From a phage: DNA of 64,000 nt. The notes beneath the pieces were generated by a model. The model did no database searches and was not told the DNA's origin. It saw nothing but the letters and a program-made list of their open reading frames with translations. The position numbers and the translations under genes are program-made. How positions within the stretch are numbered: position 1 is the first letter of the stretch; each line of letters starts with the position of its first letter. The stretch lies in NCBI GenBank assembly GCA_037431425.1, contig GCA_037431425.1_4129.2; one strand, 5' to 3'. Of this stretch, positions 1-9,412 are shown piece after piece.

Positions 1-2253
1 ACCAGTTACAGTTAAAGTTGACCCAACTAGAACAGATGAGCTTGAGTAAATTGTACCCAAATTAGCAGATCCGGTAACAGTTATATCATCAGCATTAACA
101 GTAGTTGCCGTTATGGTAGTACTATTAAGTACTGGAAGTACGTTAGCATTAACAAGATCATTACTTTTAACAATACCAGAAGTAGTTAATGATTTAACAT
201 TAAGGTTGGCTGCTGATAAATCAAAAGAGCCTTGAACTACTAAATCACCACCTATAGTTGCACCAGCAGTAGTAGTGATTGATTTAGCATTAATATCGGT
301 AGTGCTCAAGTCTAGAGAACCAACAGTTAAGCTACCAGTAATATCAACATTTTCTGTAAAGTTAGTATTACCACTAATAGTTGGTGCAGTCAGAGTTGTT
401 GCACTAATATTAGTACCGTTAATTGTTTGCCCACTTACAGTTCCACTCGCAGTGATAGTAGGAGCCGTTACTTCAGTAGATGCACTAATTGTTGGTGCAG
501 ATACAGAAGTTGTACCAGTAATAGTACCAGAACTTACTGAACCAGCGGATAATGCACCAGAAAGAGTTGCAGTTGTACCAGCAATATCACCAGTAACAGT
601 TAGTTTAGCACCCACGGTAGTGTTACCAGTACTTTCAAGTGTTGCACCTTTAATATTTGCTGCCGCGACAACAGAATTAGGTGTTAGATCTTGACCACTA
701 ACATCAACAGTTAGTCCAGTTACTGTTCCAGTAAATTCAACATCATTAAGAATTGCCTTACCACCAACTGTAAGGTATGGTGTACTTGGGTCTTGAGTAT
801 CGTTACCAGTGATAGTTAGATAATCTAGTTTGTTTAGGCCGTTACCAGTAATACCATAAGAAGATAGTGATGCATTACCAAAGGTAGCAGTTTTAAGTAC
901 TTTCAATGTTGCTGGGGAAACCAACTCAGATTGAACTTCATTAGGTAAAATAACAGTTGGACGTTGATCTTGTGCGGTATATGCAAAACCTAGTTTCACA
1001 GCAGAATCTTGTGAATTTTGACCTAAACTAATAGCTTTAAAAGAAGCAGTACCGTTTAAACCAGTAATATTAGATCCTAGTGTAACACCACCAACTAAAG
1101 AAGACGCACCCTTTATATTTAAAGTGTTTGCATCAATATCATCAAGTTGGAAATCACCACCAAATGTACCGGAAACATTAATATTATTAAAATTAGCAGT
1201 ACCAGTACTTTCAATATCTGGAATGGTTGCTGTTCCAGTAACCTCAAAATCAGCAACTTTAGTTTTACCTTTTGTCACTTCTAGAAGTGGGGTGTCAGGT
1301 GATTGTGTATCGTTACCAGAAACGGTTAGATAATCTAGTTTGTTTAGACCATTACCAGTAATACCATAAGAAGACAATGATGCATTACCAAAAGTAGCAG
1401 AAGTTAAAACTGTCAATTTAGCAGGTGACATTAATTCAGATTGAATTTCATTTTGTAGAATTACTGTTGGACGTTTATCAGGAGCACTGTAAGGGAAGCT
1501 CAATCTGGAGGTTTGTGATTCAGAGTCGGTTCCGATACGGATATCTTTAAATGTAGCAGTGCTATTAATACCAGTTACGTTAGCACCAAAAGTTACCGCA
1601 CCTTTTTGATTAGATGCACCAGTAACATTCAATGTTTCAGCGTTTAAATCAGAAAGATTAAACTCGCCACCTAGTGTACCACTAATATTCACATCTTGAA
1701 ACTCAGCAGTGCCAGTACTACTGATGTCTTTAATTTTTGCAGAATTGGCAGTAATTTTATCAAATGCGGCAGTAGTTCCAGAATACGCAACTAAGTCACC
1801 TTTCATGCTCAAGTTACCTTTTGTACTTAAGTCCCCTTCCACGTTTAATGTACCGTTCATTGTTGCTGTCTCAGCAACTTCCAATTGTTTAACTTTAGTT
1901 GCTTGAAGTGTTGTTTTACCCTCAGATTGAGTGAGATCTGCACCCACCGTAACAGTACCGTTAAATGTGGCGTTTGCATTAATTGTTGCTGTATCAGAAT
2001 CACCATCTTCACTACCGATTGTAGTATTACCTTTAATATCAAGACCACCACTTAGTGTTGCTTTTCCAGCAACATCTAATGTGGATGTAATATTGGCAGT
2101 TTCGGTTTCAATGGCAGTAAAAGTTGCATTTGTGAAAGATATACTACCATTTACAGTTAGGTTATTCTTGAATACAGCATTCCCTTTGACTAAAAGATCC
2201 TTACCAACCGTACCGGAGCCAGTAATATCTAAGTCAGTTTTTATTGAGTACAT
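1..2253 (-). CDS. tail fiber-like repetitive structural protein (N-terminal 751 codons; gene continues past window start)
   Basis: Manual minus-strand translation from ATG at 2253-2251 (MYSIKTDLDITGSGTVGKDL...) has no stop down to position 1; GGAGGG Shine-Dalgarno just upstream; Ser/Thr/Gly/Asn-rich with two long internal repeats. Absent from ORF track because no stop lies inside the window; the plus-strand ORFs 275..2332 are its antisense. Confidence 0.6.
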   Translation of the reverse strand, partial: MYSIKTDLDITGSGTVGKDLLVKGNAVFKNNLTVNGSISFTNATFTAIETETANITSTLDVAGKATLSGGLDIKGNTTIGSEDGDSDTATINANATFNGTVTVGADLTQSEGKTTLQATKVKQLEVAETATMNGTLNVEGDLSTKGNLSMKGDLVAYSGTTAAFDKITANSAKIKDISSTGTAEFQDVNISGTLGGEFNLSDLNAETLNVTGASNQKGAVTFGANVTGINSTATFKDIRIGTDSESQTSRLSFPYSAPDKRPTVILQNEIQSELMSPAKLTVLTSATFGNASLSSYGITGNGLNKLDYLTVSGNDTQSPDTPLLEVTKGKTKVADFEVTGTATIPDIESTGTANFNNINVSGTFGGDFQLDDIDANTLNIKGASSLVGGVTLGSNITGLNGTASFKAISLGQNSQDSAVKLGFAYTAQDQRPTVILPNEVQSELVSPATLKVLKTATFGNASLSSYGITGNGLNKLDYLTITGNDTQDPSTPYLTVGGKAILNDVEFTGTVTGLTVDVSGQDLTPNSVVAAANIKGATLESTGNTTVGAKLTVTGDIAGTTATLSGALSAGSVSSGTITGTTSVSAPTISASTEVTAPTITASGTVSGQTINGTNISATTLTAPTISGNTNFTENVDITGSLTVGSLDLSTTDINAKSITTTAGATIGGDLVVQGSFDLSAANLNVKSLTTSGIVKSNDLVNANVLPVLNSTTITATTVNADDITVTGSANLGTIYSSSSVLVGSTLTVTG
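700..1730 (-). repeat. tandem duplication of two ~510-bp units (~170 aa each) inside the partial fiber gene
   Basis: Near-identical strings recur with 510-bp offset, e.g. aatctagtttgtttag at 821-836 and 1331-1346, followed by ttaccagtaataccataagaaga; protein repeat ...FGNASLSSYGITGNGLNKLDYLT(V/I)(S/T)GNDTQ... appears twice. Unit boundaries are approximate. Confidence 0.6.
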
Positions 2254-2329
2254 TTATACCCTCCATTATAACCTTGTTAATATGTATATATTTAGTTTTA
2301 TTCTCCTGTTAACTAATAATTTATCAAAA

Positions 2330-2370
2330 TAAAAAACCAGACTTATCTTAATAAGTCTGGTTTCATTTTT
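2330..2370. terminator. bidirectional intrinsic terminator
   Basis: 9-bp perfect stem CCAGACTTA / TAAGTCTGG (2337-2345, 2352-2360) flanked by an A-run upstream and T-run downstream, between two convergent-free minus-strand genes. Confidence 0.65.
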
Positions 2371-3272
2371 TACTTACCAGAGATAACAATCTTCCCACTG
2401 AATGTAACATCAGAAGTAAAGGTTACGTCACCTGTGTTGCTAATTTGTGTATCCGTTACAACTAATTCAAATGGAGATAACGAAACACTGCCAGGTGTTT
2501 TATTTGCATAAATCGAAACATACAAATTTTCTGGTGATTGTTTGTGTTCAGATGCTGGAATCGTGATGATGAATTTATCCTCATCTTTATTAGAAATCCA
2601 ATCAGCTTGGTTTACCAATTTACTATAAGGTGCTGTCATTGATGTTGCTCCTATAATGTTTACTATAACATTTTTATAATCCGTAATTTCCCCAATTACA
2701 TCTATTGTAATATCACCCGTACCGCTTACTACCACAGAGGTTTGAAATATTGTATCCAATGTTACACCACCAGGATCGCCATGTAGTTGTATCATGATAT
2801 CTGCACCACGGCCATGAACAGATGCTGGTAATGTGTATGTATAATGATCAGTAGTGTCTGGTACTAATGTAAATTCAGAAACGGGTACAGTTTCTGATGT
2901 TACATATGAACTATCAGTTTGTTGTGCATTTCCTTTAAATGATTTCCAAATACCAAGATCTTTAATATAAATTTGAAGAACATTAGTTTCATCAACTAAA
3001 AAATACACATTGCCATCTAACCCAATAGATTCATCCGGGGCACTGGTCCCACTCAAAATACCAGAACTTCCAGAGCCACTATGTGCGTTTAGATATCCTA
3101 ACGTAACCAGATGTGTGTTAGAGGTCGGTTCACCTGCTGAAATTGGAAGAAGTTTTGTTCCTGAGTAGTTTTGTATTTGCACGACACTACCATTTGTGGT
3201 AATCTGTGCACCATTCTTCCCAAGAATGAAGGATTTCTTCATTGTTCCTTCTAAATTAGAAAAAACTGCCAT
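2370..3272 (-). CDS. tail fiber/tailspike protein; N-terminal domain paralogous to the 3289..5430 product
   Basis: First ~60 aa (MAVFSNLEGTMKKSFILGKNGAQ...) about 45% identical to the N-terminus of the neighbouring spike (MAVFSNFEGTMKPKMILGKNGAS...); C-terminal part unrelated. Confidence 0.6.
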   Translation of the reverse strand: MAVFSNLEGTMKKSFILGKNGAQITTNGSVVQIQNYSGTKLLPISAGEPTSNTHLVTLGYLNAHSGSGSSGILSGTSAPDESIGLDGNVYFLVDETNVLQIYIKDLGIWKSFKGNAQQTDSSYVTSETVPVSEFTLVPDTTDHYTYTLPASVHGRGADIMIQLHGDPGGVTLDTIFQTSVVVSGTGDITIDVIGEITDYKNVIVNIIGATSMTAPYSKLVNQADWISNKDEDKFIITIPASEHKQSPENLYVSIYANKTPGSVSLSPFELVVTDTQISNTGDVTFTSDVTFSGKIVISGK

Positions 3273-3288
3273 TTTAATTTAATCTCCT

Positions 3289-5430
3289 TTATGGTAGGGT
3301 TATGTACGTTACTGGCTGTGCGGCTTTTAATAATGCACCAGAGGCAGTTGCTGTTATGATGGGATCTGCAATATCAATTCTATATACATTATTAACAACA
3401 TATACTGCACGAGTTATATACGTTTTCAAATCATCACCATTTTCACCAGCACCAGATATAATGATCTCAGTTCCAGCCGCTTTTGCATATTGATTATCGC
3501 CCCATGACACACCCAATGCTTCTATATACGTTTGTCCTACCATCGTTTGTCTGATTGTGTCATATTTTCCAAAAAATGATCCACCCACTGTTACAATATA
3601 TTTTCCACCCGATTTTTTATGTATAATCGTTCCTTCTGGGAAGTATCTTCCACCAGGGAAAGTATCATATGGAATATAATATTGTTCAACTACAGGTATT
3701 AGTACTGGGCCACGATGACCAGTACCGTCAATAGCAGTTGTTACTTTAAAATTATTAGATGATTGGTCGATTCTATCTACATACATTTTAGAAAAACTAT
3801 ATTTTGAAACATTACAATCATCTTGAACAACACAGTTAGTCCAATTAGTATAAGTATATTTAGAGCGAGTATACATTCCCCCACCCTCACCTTCAGTGGA
3901 AAGGTGTTGTCCTATTACATCTAATTCTTTTGTTCTGATATCACTAAACTTAGATGAAGATGGTAGACCACGCCAAAGAATTTTAGAACAAGTGATATTA
4001 CTTAATTCTGTACTATTCAGCCAATTATCAGAACCAGAAGTATAAACGAATACGGAAGACTCTGGTATATAGAGATTGGAAATTTTAAAGTTTCTAGGTG
4101 GTCCAGCAAATCGACCAGCAGTTACCCCCCAGTTAATAGATACCATACGGTTTGTGATTGTAGGATCATTAAGTAAATGTCCGGTTAAACCATCAATTAC
4201 AAACTCTTTTGAGCCATAAGTTATCACACCAGCAGTTGTTAATCCTGTACCAACAGAAATTAAAGATGATGGGTACACCTCATTGTCAAGTATTTTGAAA
4301 TCCATCCCCAATTCGACATGGATGCATTGTCTAACATTATAAAGTCTATTATTCTTAATAACAAAGTTTCTAACATATTGAGTATCAGGGGCATCCAAAT
4401 CATAAGGACCAGAACCAGCTACACCGATACCAATACCCCAGTTTGAAAGCGGGATTGGTGCATCAGAGCCATCAACATTTTCAATTATATTACCTTCGAT
4501 CACAAAACCATCAGGATAATGTGAGTTAATAACGTTCAATTCAATTGCATCCCCGTAGATATCATGAATGTGGTTATATGAATAACGACCGACTTTCATT
4601 TTCTCACCAGTACCCTGTTGGAGAACGCCATATTTGCATTTAGTCATTTCATTAAAGCAAAAATCAATTGTACCTGGTTGAGTCATACCTTGCATCAAAA
4701 ACGCAGCAGTACTGGTAATGTTTATAAATTTATTAAAATAAAATTTACCATCCCCACCAAAGAATTTCAGATAACATCCAGTAAGTGTGGTGAATTGAAT
4801 TTGTGAATTAATAACGGATATCATAGTACCACCATTACCAGTAATAGTGCCACCAAACCAAGTTACATCTTCCAAATATACTGCTTTTTTGATACGATAA
4901 TTACCACCTGCTTGAATTTGTATTTTATTTTCTTTGGCATAAGTTGCACACAAATTTACAGCTTCAGTGTCATCGGTTTCCCCATCTCCTTTCGCACCAA
5001 ATTCTTCTGGTGTTATATAGAACTGTGCTTGTTGAACTGTGCCACCAGTAATAAGGCCAATGAAATCACCACCATTTTTACTTGATAGTACTTTTTTATT
5101 AATGTATAGTGATTTAATCCATGTGCCATTTGTTTTTACGAAAATATCAACAATACCATCTTCATCAATTTGAAAATAAGTGTTATTGTTTTTTCCAATA
5201 TCACCAGACGGTGGTTGAACGCCAAATAAGGCATTTGGATTATCTTCAAGGTATCTAACATTAACTGCTGAATCTTGGTCTGATGGTGTTCCTATCTTTA
5301 GTGGTAGGAACTTTTCACCGAGATAATCTTTTATCGATACGGAATCATTGACGAAATTTATCGAAGCACCATTTTTACCCAATATCATTTTTGGTTTCAT
5401 GGTTCCTTCAAAATTAGAAAATACTGCCAT
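3289..5430 (-). CDS. tailspike with pectate-lyase-like right-handed beta-helix domain (putative polysaccharide depolymerase)
   Basis: GAKGDGETDDTEAV motif typical of pectate-lyase-3/tailspike beta-helix domains; start moved to internal ATG at 5430 (GGGGGA SD; conserved MAVFSN N-terminus); the 65 codons upstream in the track ORF look like translated intergenic sequence and overlap the next gene. Confidence 0.65.
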   Translation of the reverse strand: MAVFSNFEGTMKPKMILGKNGASINFVNDSVSIKDYLGEKFLPLKIGTPSDQDSAVNVRYLEDNPNALFGVQPPSGDIGKNNNTYFQIDEDGIVDIFVKTNGTWIKSLYINKKVLSSKNGGDFIGLITGGTVQQAQFYITPEEFGAKGDGETDDTEAVNLCATYAKENKIQIQAGGNYRIKKAVYLEDVTWFGGTITGNGGTMISVINSQIQFTTLTGCYLKFFGGDGKFYFNKFINITSTAAFLMQGMTQPGTIDFCFNEMTKCKYGVLQQGTGEKMKVGRYSYNHIHDIYGDAIELNVINSHYPDGFVIEGNIIENVDGSDAPIPLSNWGIGIGVAGSGPYDLDAPDTQYVRNFVIKNNRLYNVRQCIHVELGMDFKILDNEVYPSSLISVGTGLTTAGVITYGSKEFVIDGLTGHLLNDPTITNRMVSINWGVTAGRFAGPPRNFKISNLYIPESSVFVYTSGSDNWLNSTELSNITCSKILWRGLPSSSKFSDIRTKELDVIGQHLSTEGEGGGMYTRSKYTYTNWTNCVVQDDCNVSKYSFSKMYVDRIDQSSNNFKVTTAIDGTGHRGPVLIPVVEQYYIPYDTFPGGRYFPEGTIIHKKSGGKYIVTVGGSFFGKYDTIRQTMVGQTYIEALGVSWGDNQYAKAAGTEIIISGAGENGDDLKTYITRAVYVVNNVYRIDIADPIITATASGALLKAAQPVTYITLP

Positions 5431-5443
5431 TATGACATCCCCC

Positions 5444-6571
5444 TTAAATATTGTCTTGGATAGGTTGGGCCGGAGCTTGCCATGAAAGAGTACAAATAAT
5501 TTCCATTTTACCATAAGGACTGTTATTAACTGAATCATTAAAAACACATGAAATGATTTCATCAACATCAGATACTTCATGATTTGTTTCATTAACAATA
5601 AAACGCATCTGGCGATTAATATCAAAGTAGGTTATTGGTGCAATGACTGTACCACCAATATTTTCGTTGGCTTCACCACCAAATCGAACAAACATATCAG
5701 TTACTGGTTGTGAATAAGGTTGTAAAACATTTACATCTATATTAGAAACTACATATCCAGCAGGACAAGTCCCAATAACTAATAGAGCATTAGTCCATGA
5801 TCTATCAATAACGTTTCTAATTGTTACAGTATCTTTGCCTGGTGTACCCGGTTCACCTTGCTTACCTTGAATACCTTGTGGACCTTCTTTGCCACGGAAT
5901 AAAATACCACTACTCCATTCTTTTGATGGTGGGGTGGTAGTTGTTACTTCATCCACATAATAAAGCTTGCCATCAGTGTTGTTATAGAAACAATAATCAA
6001 TTGGGAGGTTTTCAATACTTGGAAATTGATCACCACTATCGTCAATATGAAAACGACCACGTGGACCTTGCTCACCACGGAAAGGGACACCATCACTCCA
6101 TGTAGCTGTTACTTTTTGATAAAAATATAGTTTACCATCTTGTGTATTGTAAAATGTATAGTTATCAAAAAGACCAGAACTTGGAAAAGTAGTTCCTGCA
6201 CTATCGATATGAAAAGGCTTACCAGCTTCACCAGTATCACCTTTACCAAATTCAACACTAGTCCAAGTACTGGTTTCTTCTTGTGCATCATTTGATTTAA
6301 AATACAGAGTACTTGTGTTATTTGCCAAACTAAGATAGCACCAGCCAAGCGGTTCACCAACTTTAAATTTATCAGATGGAACTTCAAAACCAATCTCATT
6401 AGGATAAAAGTTTTTACCGTTCTGACCATTTTGTCCCACAACAAGACCGAGATCTTGAATTGTATTATCTGTATATGTTACAATTAAATGACCAGCATTA
6501 TTAATAACTAGACTTTTGATGCCTGAGTTATTACATGAACCACTGGACCCATTGTTAAATGTAATTGTCAT
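5444..6571 (-). CDS. tail fiber protein with collagen-like Gly-X-Y stretches
   Basis: GEQGPRG and GKEGPQGIQGKQGEPGTPGKD triplet runs; internal ~60-aa tandem repeat (HIDxSGxxFPS...YxFYNTxDGKLY...FRG); position in fiber module. Confidence 0.6.
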   Translation of the reverse strand: MTITFNNGSSGSCNNSGIKSLVINNAGHLIVTYTDNTIQDLGLVVGQNGQNGKNFYPNEIGFEVPSDKFKVGEPLGWCYLSLANNTSTLYFKSNDAQEETSTWTSVEFGKGDTGEAGKPFHIDSAGTTFPSSGLFDNYTFYNTQDGKLYFYQKVTATWSDGVPFRGEQGPRGRFHIDDSGDQFPSIENLPIDYCFYNNTDGKLYYVDEVTTTTPPSKEWSSGILFRGKEGPQGIQGKQGEPGTPGKDTVTIRNVIDRSWTNALLVIGTCPAGYVVSNIDVNVLQPYSQPVTDMFVRFGGEANENIGGTVIAPITYFDINRQMRFIVNETNHEVSDVDEIISCVFNDSVNNSPYGKMEIICTLSWQAPAQPIQDNI

Positions 6572-6680
6572 AATATTTCCCTTTTATGAGTGAATGTCAT
6601 ATACCAATATTTATCAGTACGAAATACATTTCGTCACCATTAATAAATAAATGAAAGTTCACTACTAAAAGGGCTTAACA

Positions 6681-7178
6681 ATGGCATTAAGATCAAAAAA
6701 CTTTCTTTTTAAAAGAAAAACAAAAGATGGTTCATGGCAAGATTTTCCTGAATCTGACAGTTGGTATCCAGCCCAATTGGATTATCAATGGAATGAACAA
6801 ACATTACCACTACCAAGCGGTGGATATTATGGCAGCACTACAGGTTTGCATACCATTTCATTTACACTACGTAATTTCATTGGAAGAATTTATGTATTAG
6901 CAACATTAGCCAGCAATCCAACAGATGATGATTGGTTCCCAATTAAATTCACTGAAAGTTGTAAATATTATCTAGAATTTACGGATATGGTTATTTTAAA
7001 TCCAAACGGTGGTGATTTGATTAGACAACAAGGAACTACCGGAACATTTGCAGAGACATTAACAGGTAACTTTACATATCTTAAAGTTGGTATTGACCGA
7101 GATTATATCAGTAAGTACCCGTCAGATGTACAAAAAAGTTTAGCAGGTAAACTAGAACAAATTTTAATTAACTACTAA
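6681..7178 (+). CDS. hypothetical protein (probable virion protein)
   Basis: 165-aa ORF preceded by ATAAATAA late-promoter-like motif; first of three co-oriented genes between the fiber and baseplate clusters. Confidence 0.5.
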   Translation: MALRSKNFLFKRKTKDGSWQDFPESDSWYPAQLDYQWNEQTLPLPSGGYYGSTTGLHTISFTLRNFIGRIYVLATLASNPTDDDWFPIKFTESCKYYLEFTDMVILNPNGGDLIRQQGTTGTFAETLTGNFTYLKVGIDRDYISKYPSDVQKSLAGKLEQILINY

Positions 7179-7187
7179 GGATTAGAA

Positions 7188-7796
7188 ATGAAATTAGAAG
7201 CAGAACAACCAAAACTATTTGTTAAAGGTCATGTCCTAATTACTGACGTTACTGATCCATCAAATCAAAAAATCGTTTTAGATAAATCTAACGCTATTCA
7301 CCCAGAAAATATGAGTACTGCAATTGCTAATGCGTTAGCATACAATCAAGATAGTACCAGTATTCCTATTGGTTCAATTAGCGAAATGCGTTTTGGTAAT
7401 GGTGGTACTGTAGTGTTAAGTACTGGACGAGTCACGTACAAAAAACCACGTGTGACTTCCTTTGGTGGATTGTATTCACAAACATATTTAAAAAAAATCA
7501 ACCCAAGAATTACTGCTGGTATTGATTCACAGTATAATAACATCACAACAGTTCATATCCCAGGACAATCATATACTGATATTGTATGTATTTGTACGCT
7601 TGGTTTGGGTGAACCATCAGACCAAGGTGTAAGTTCAGGCACAAGTATGGATGGCACATATGTATTTGATGAATTAGGGTTATATACTGATGGTGATAGT
7701 GGTATTCCATTGACACATATCATTTTTCACCCAGTTGAGAAAAGTGCTAACCGTGTGTTACAAATTAAATACACAGTTCGTGTACAACTACAATAA
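7188..7796 (+). CDS. hypothetical protein (probable virion protein)
   Basis: 202-aa ORF tightly packed after previous gene; no motif recognised. Confidence 0.5.
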   Translation: MKLEAEQPKLFVKGHVLITDVTDPSNQKIVLDKSNAIHPENMSTAIANALAYNQDSTSIPIGSISEMRFGNGGTVVLSTGRVTYKKPRVTSFGGLYSQTYLKKINPRITAGIDSQYNNITTVHIPGQSYTDIVCICTLGLGEPSDQGVSSGTSMDGTYVFDELGLYTDGDSGIPLTHIIFHPVEKSANRVLQIKYTVRVQLQ

Positions 7797-7808
7797 TGGG
7801 GTCAAATT

Positions 7809-8909
7809 ATGAGTGTAAGTTATACAATTTATAGAAGCAATGGTAGTGTTTATGCTACCATTCCAAATAATGTCATATTGGGGCCAAACCAACCAGGAAG
7901 TAACCCAGTTCCGTTGAATTTTGTCGGAAGAAATAAAGTAAGTTATGGACAAGCATGGAATGAAAACTTTTTACATTTAGTTGAGAATTTCAGTTCAGCT
8001 TCAGCACCACGCGGTAATGTGAACGGTCAACTGTGGTACAGAAATGCTGGCAGTACTGGTGAATTATTGATATCATTGGTTGACAATGCTAGACAACCAT
8101 CAGATGTTGTGAGTGAAGCTGAGTGGGCGTCTATTCCAATGATTTCTGTGTTTAATACCGTACCAGATGGTGAAAATAGTGTTATGGGTCGTATGGTATT
8201 AACCAGTAATGGTGACTCACTTCGTGTATTAATGAAAAATAAAGAATGGCGTGAAATTCAAACATCACGTCCTGAGAATAAAGAATATACATCATTATTG
8301 GATATTAACTATGATAATGGTAAAAAATATATTGAGTTTACACAAAATAATAGTACTAAACCACTAGCATATTTTAACTTAGGAGGAACGTCACAAGTCG
8401 ATACTAACAACTGGACAACCGTAACTAACGGAACTGGTGTTTTTGAATTTGGTAGTAACTATTTCTATGAATTAAAAATTATGATTAGAGAGGTAAGCGA
8501 TTCAACAGGTGAAATTGTATCAGTTCCACATAATTCAAAAACATTTTTAATCAAAGGTCAATTTTATGTAGATAACCAAGGTACGTTTGTCCCTGGTTCT
8601 GTGGGTGCAAGTCAAATGCCAGACCCCCGCAGGATTACACATCTAGAAACCATTAAAGATGTTATTACCAGTAGTCGCCCGAACTGGGATGTGAACATGG
8701 TTATCAATGATGTAGATCCATCACTACCTAATCCAAACGGCACATCTAAAGCAGATTATGAAAACTGGGTTATTAACTCATTGAACTCTAATAAAAACTT
8801 AGGATTTAGAGTTGATGGTAGTATTAGCAATCTTGCACCAGGTGAATCTGTGAAATTACAAGCATCAGTGTTGTTAAACATTACAGGTATTCCAATTATT
8901 GGTGTATAA
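7809..8909 (+). CDS. hypothetical structural protein
   Basis: 366-aa ORF; Asn/Ser/Thr-rich; followed by a strong terminator. Confidence 0.5.
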   Translation: MSVSYTIYRSNGSVYATIPNNVILGPNQPGSNPVPLNFVGRNKVSYGQAWNENFLHLVENFSSASAPRGNVNGQLWYRNAGSTGELLISLVDNARQPSDVVSEAEWASIPMISVFNTVPDGENSVMGRMVLTSNGDSLRVLMKNKEWREIQTSRPENKEYTSLLDINYDNGKKYIEFTQNNSTKPLAYFNLGGTSQVDTNNWTTVTNGTGVFEFGSNYFYELKIMIREVSDSTGEIVSVPHNSKTFLIKGQFYVDNQGTFVPGSVGASQMPDPRRITHLETIKDVITSSRPNWDVNMVINDVDPSLPNPNGTSKADYENWVINSLNSNKNLGFRVDGSISNLAPGESVKLQASVLLNITGIPIIGV

Positions 8910-8914
8910 AAAAA

Positions 8915-8937
8915 AGGAGCCATGTGGCTCCTTTTTT
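8915..8937. terminator. bidirectional intrinsic terminator
   Basis: AGGAGCC-atgt-GGCTCCT stem-loop with A-run before and T-run after; lies between convergent genes ending at 8909 (+) and 8936 (-). Confidence 0.7.
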
Positions 8938-9400
8938 AATATCTATATGGTAAACTATTGACAAACTGTGTACCTTCACGTATACTTTCCCATAATGAGT
9001 AAAAATCTTTCATCAAGTTTGTGTTAAGCAATGTGTTTTTTGCACCAGGGTGTAATGGTTTAGGCCACGAGCCGATTTTAACCCATGCATATCCAGAGCT
9101 TTCATGATTTAATGTTGGTATAAACTCATTCTCAACTACGATAACAAATGAATAATATTTAAATTTACCATTTTTTGTACAAAATACATCAAATGGTATA
9201 ATATCAATAATATTTGGTATTGAGTCACCTAACTCTTCTTTAATTTCTCTCATAAGACCTTGTAATGGTGTTTCGTCGCGTTCAAGCTTTCCACCAACAA
9301 ATGCCCAATTGTTCGAATAGGTACTTCTTTCAGAACGTAAATTTAACATCATATGTCCGGTACTTTTTGATAAAAATATAGCACCAACAGCTTCATTCAT
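8936..9400 (-). CDS. Nudix hydrolase
   Basis: Nudix box GGKLERDETPLQGLMREIKEELG matches GX5EX7REUXEEXGU. Confidence 0.8.
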   Translation of the reverse strand: MNEAVGAIFLSKSTGHMMLNLRSERSTYSNNWAFVGGKLERDETPLQGLMREIKEELGDSIPNIIDIIPFDVFCTKNGKFKYYSFVIVVENEFIPTLNHESSGYAWVKIGSWPKPLHPGAKNTLLNTNLMKDFYSLWESIREGTQFVNSLPYRY

Positions 9401-9412
9401 AACAACACCTCC

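Noticed and set aside
275-2332. Plus-strand ORFs 275..694, 1124..1333, 1709..1906, 1931..2332 from the six-frame track
   Set aside because: They lie antisense to the long minus-strand fiber gene (1..2253), which is open throughout; their translations are hydrophobic low-complexity strings typical of antisense frames.
5431-5625. Upstream extension of the tailspike ORF to 5625
   Set aside because: The extra 65 codons are Leu/Met/Lys-rich junk-like and overlap the upstream gene; the conserved MAVFSN N-terminus with a GGGGGA SD starts at 5430.
6109-6444. Nested or antisense ORFs inside annotated genes (e.g. 6109..6444, 9643..9918, 10848..11093, 12525..13376, 14163..14405, many inside 14678..24661, 46294..46877, 53253..54570)
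   Set aside because: Each is fully contained in a longer ORF with recognisable protein character or coherent operon context; the short ones have biased, stop-avoiding AT-rich translations and no SD.
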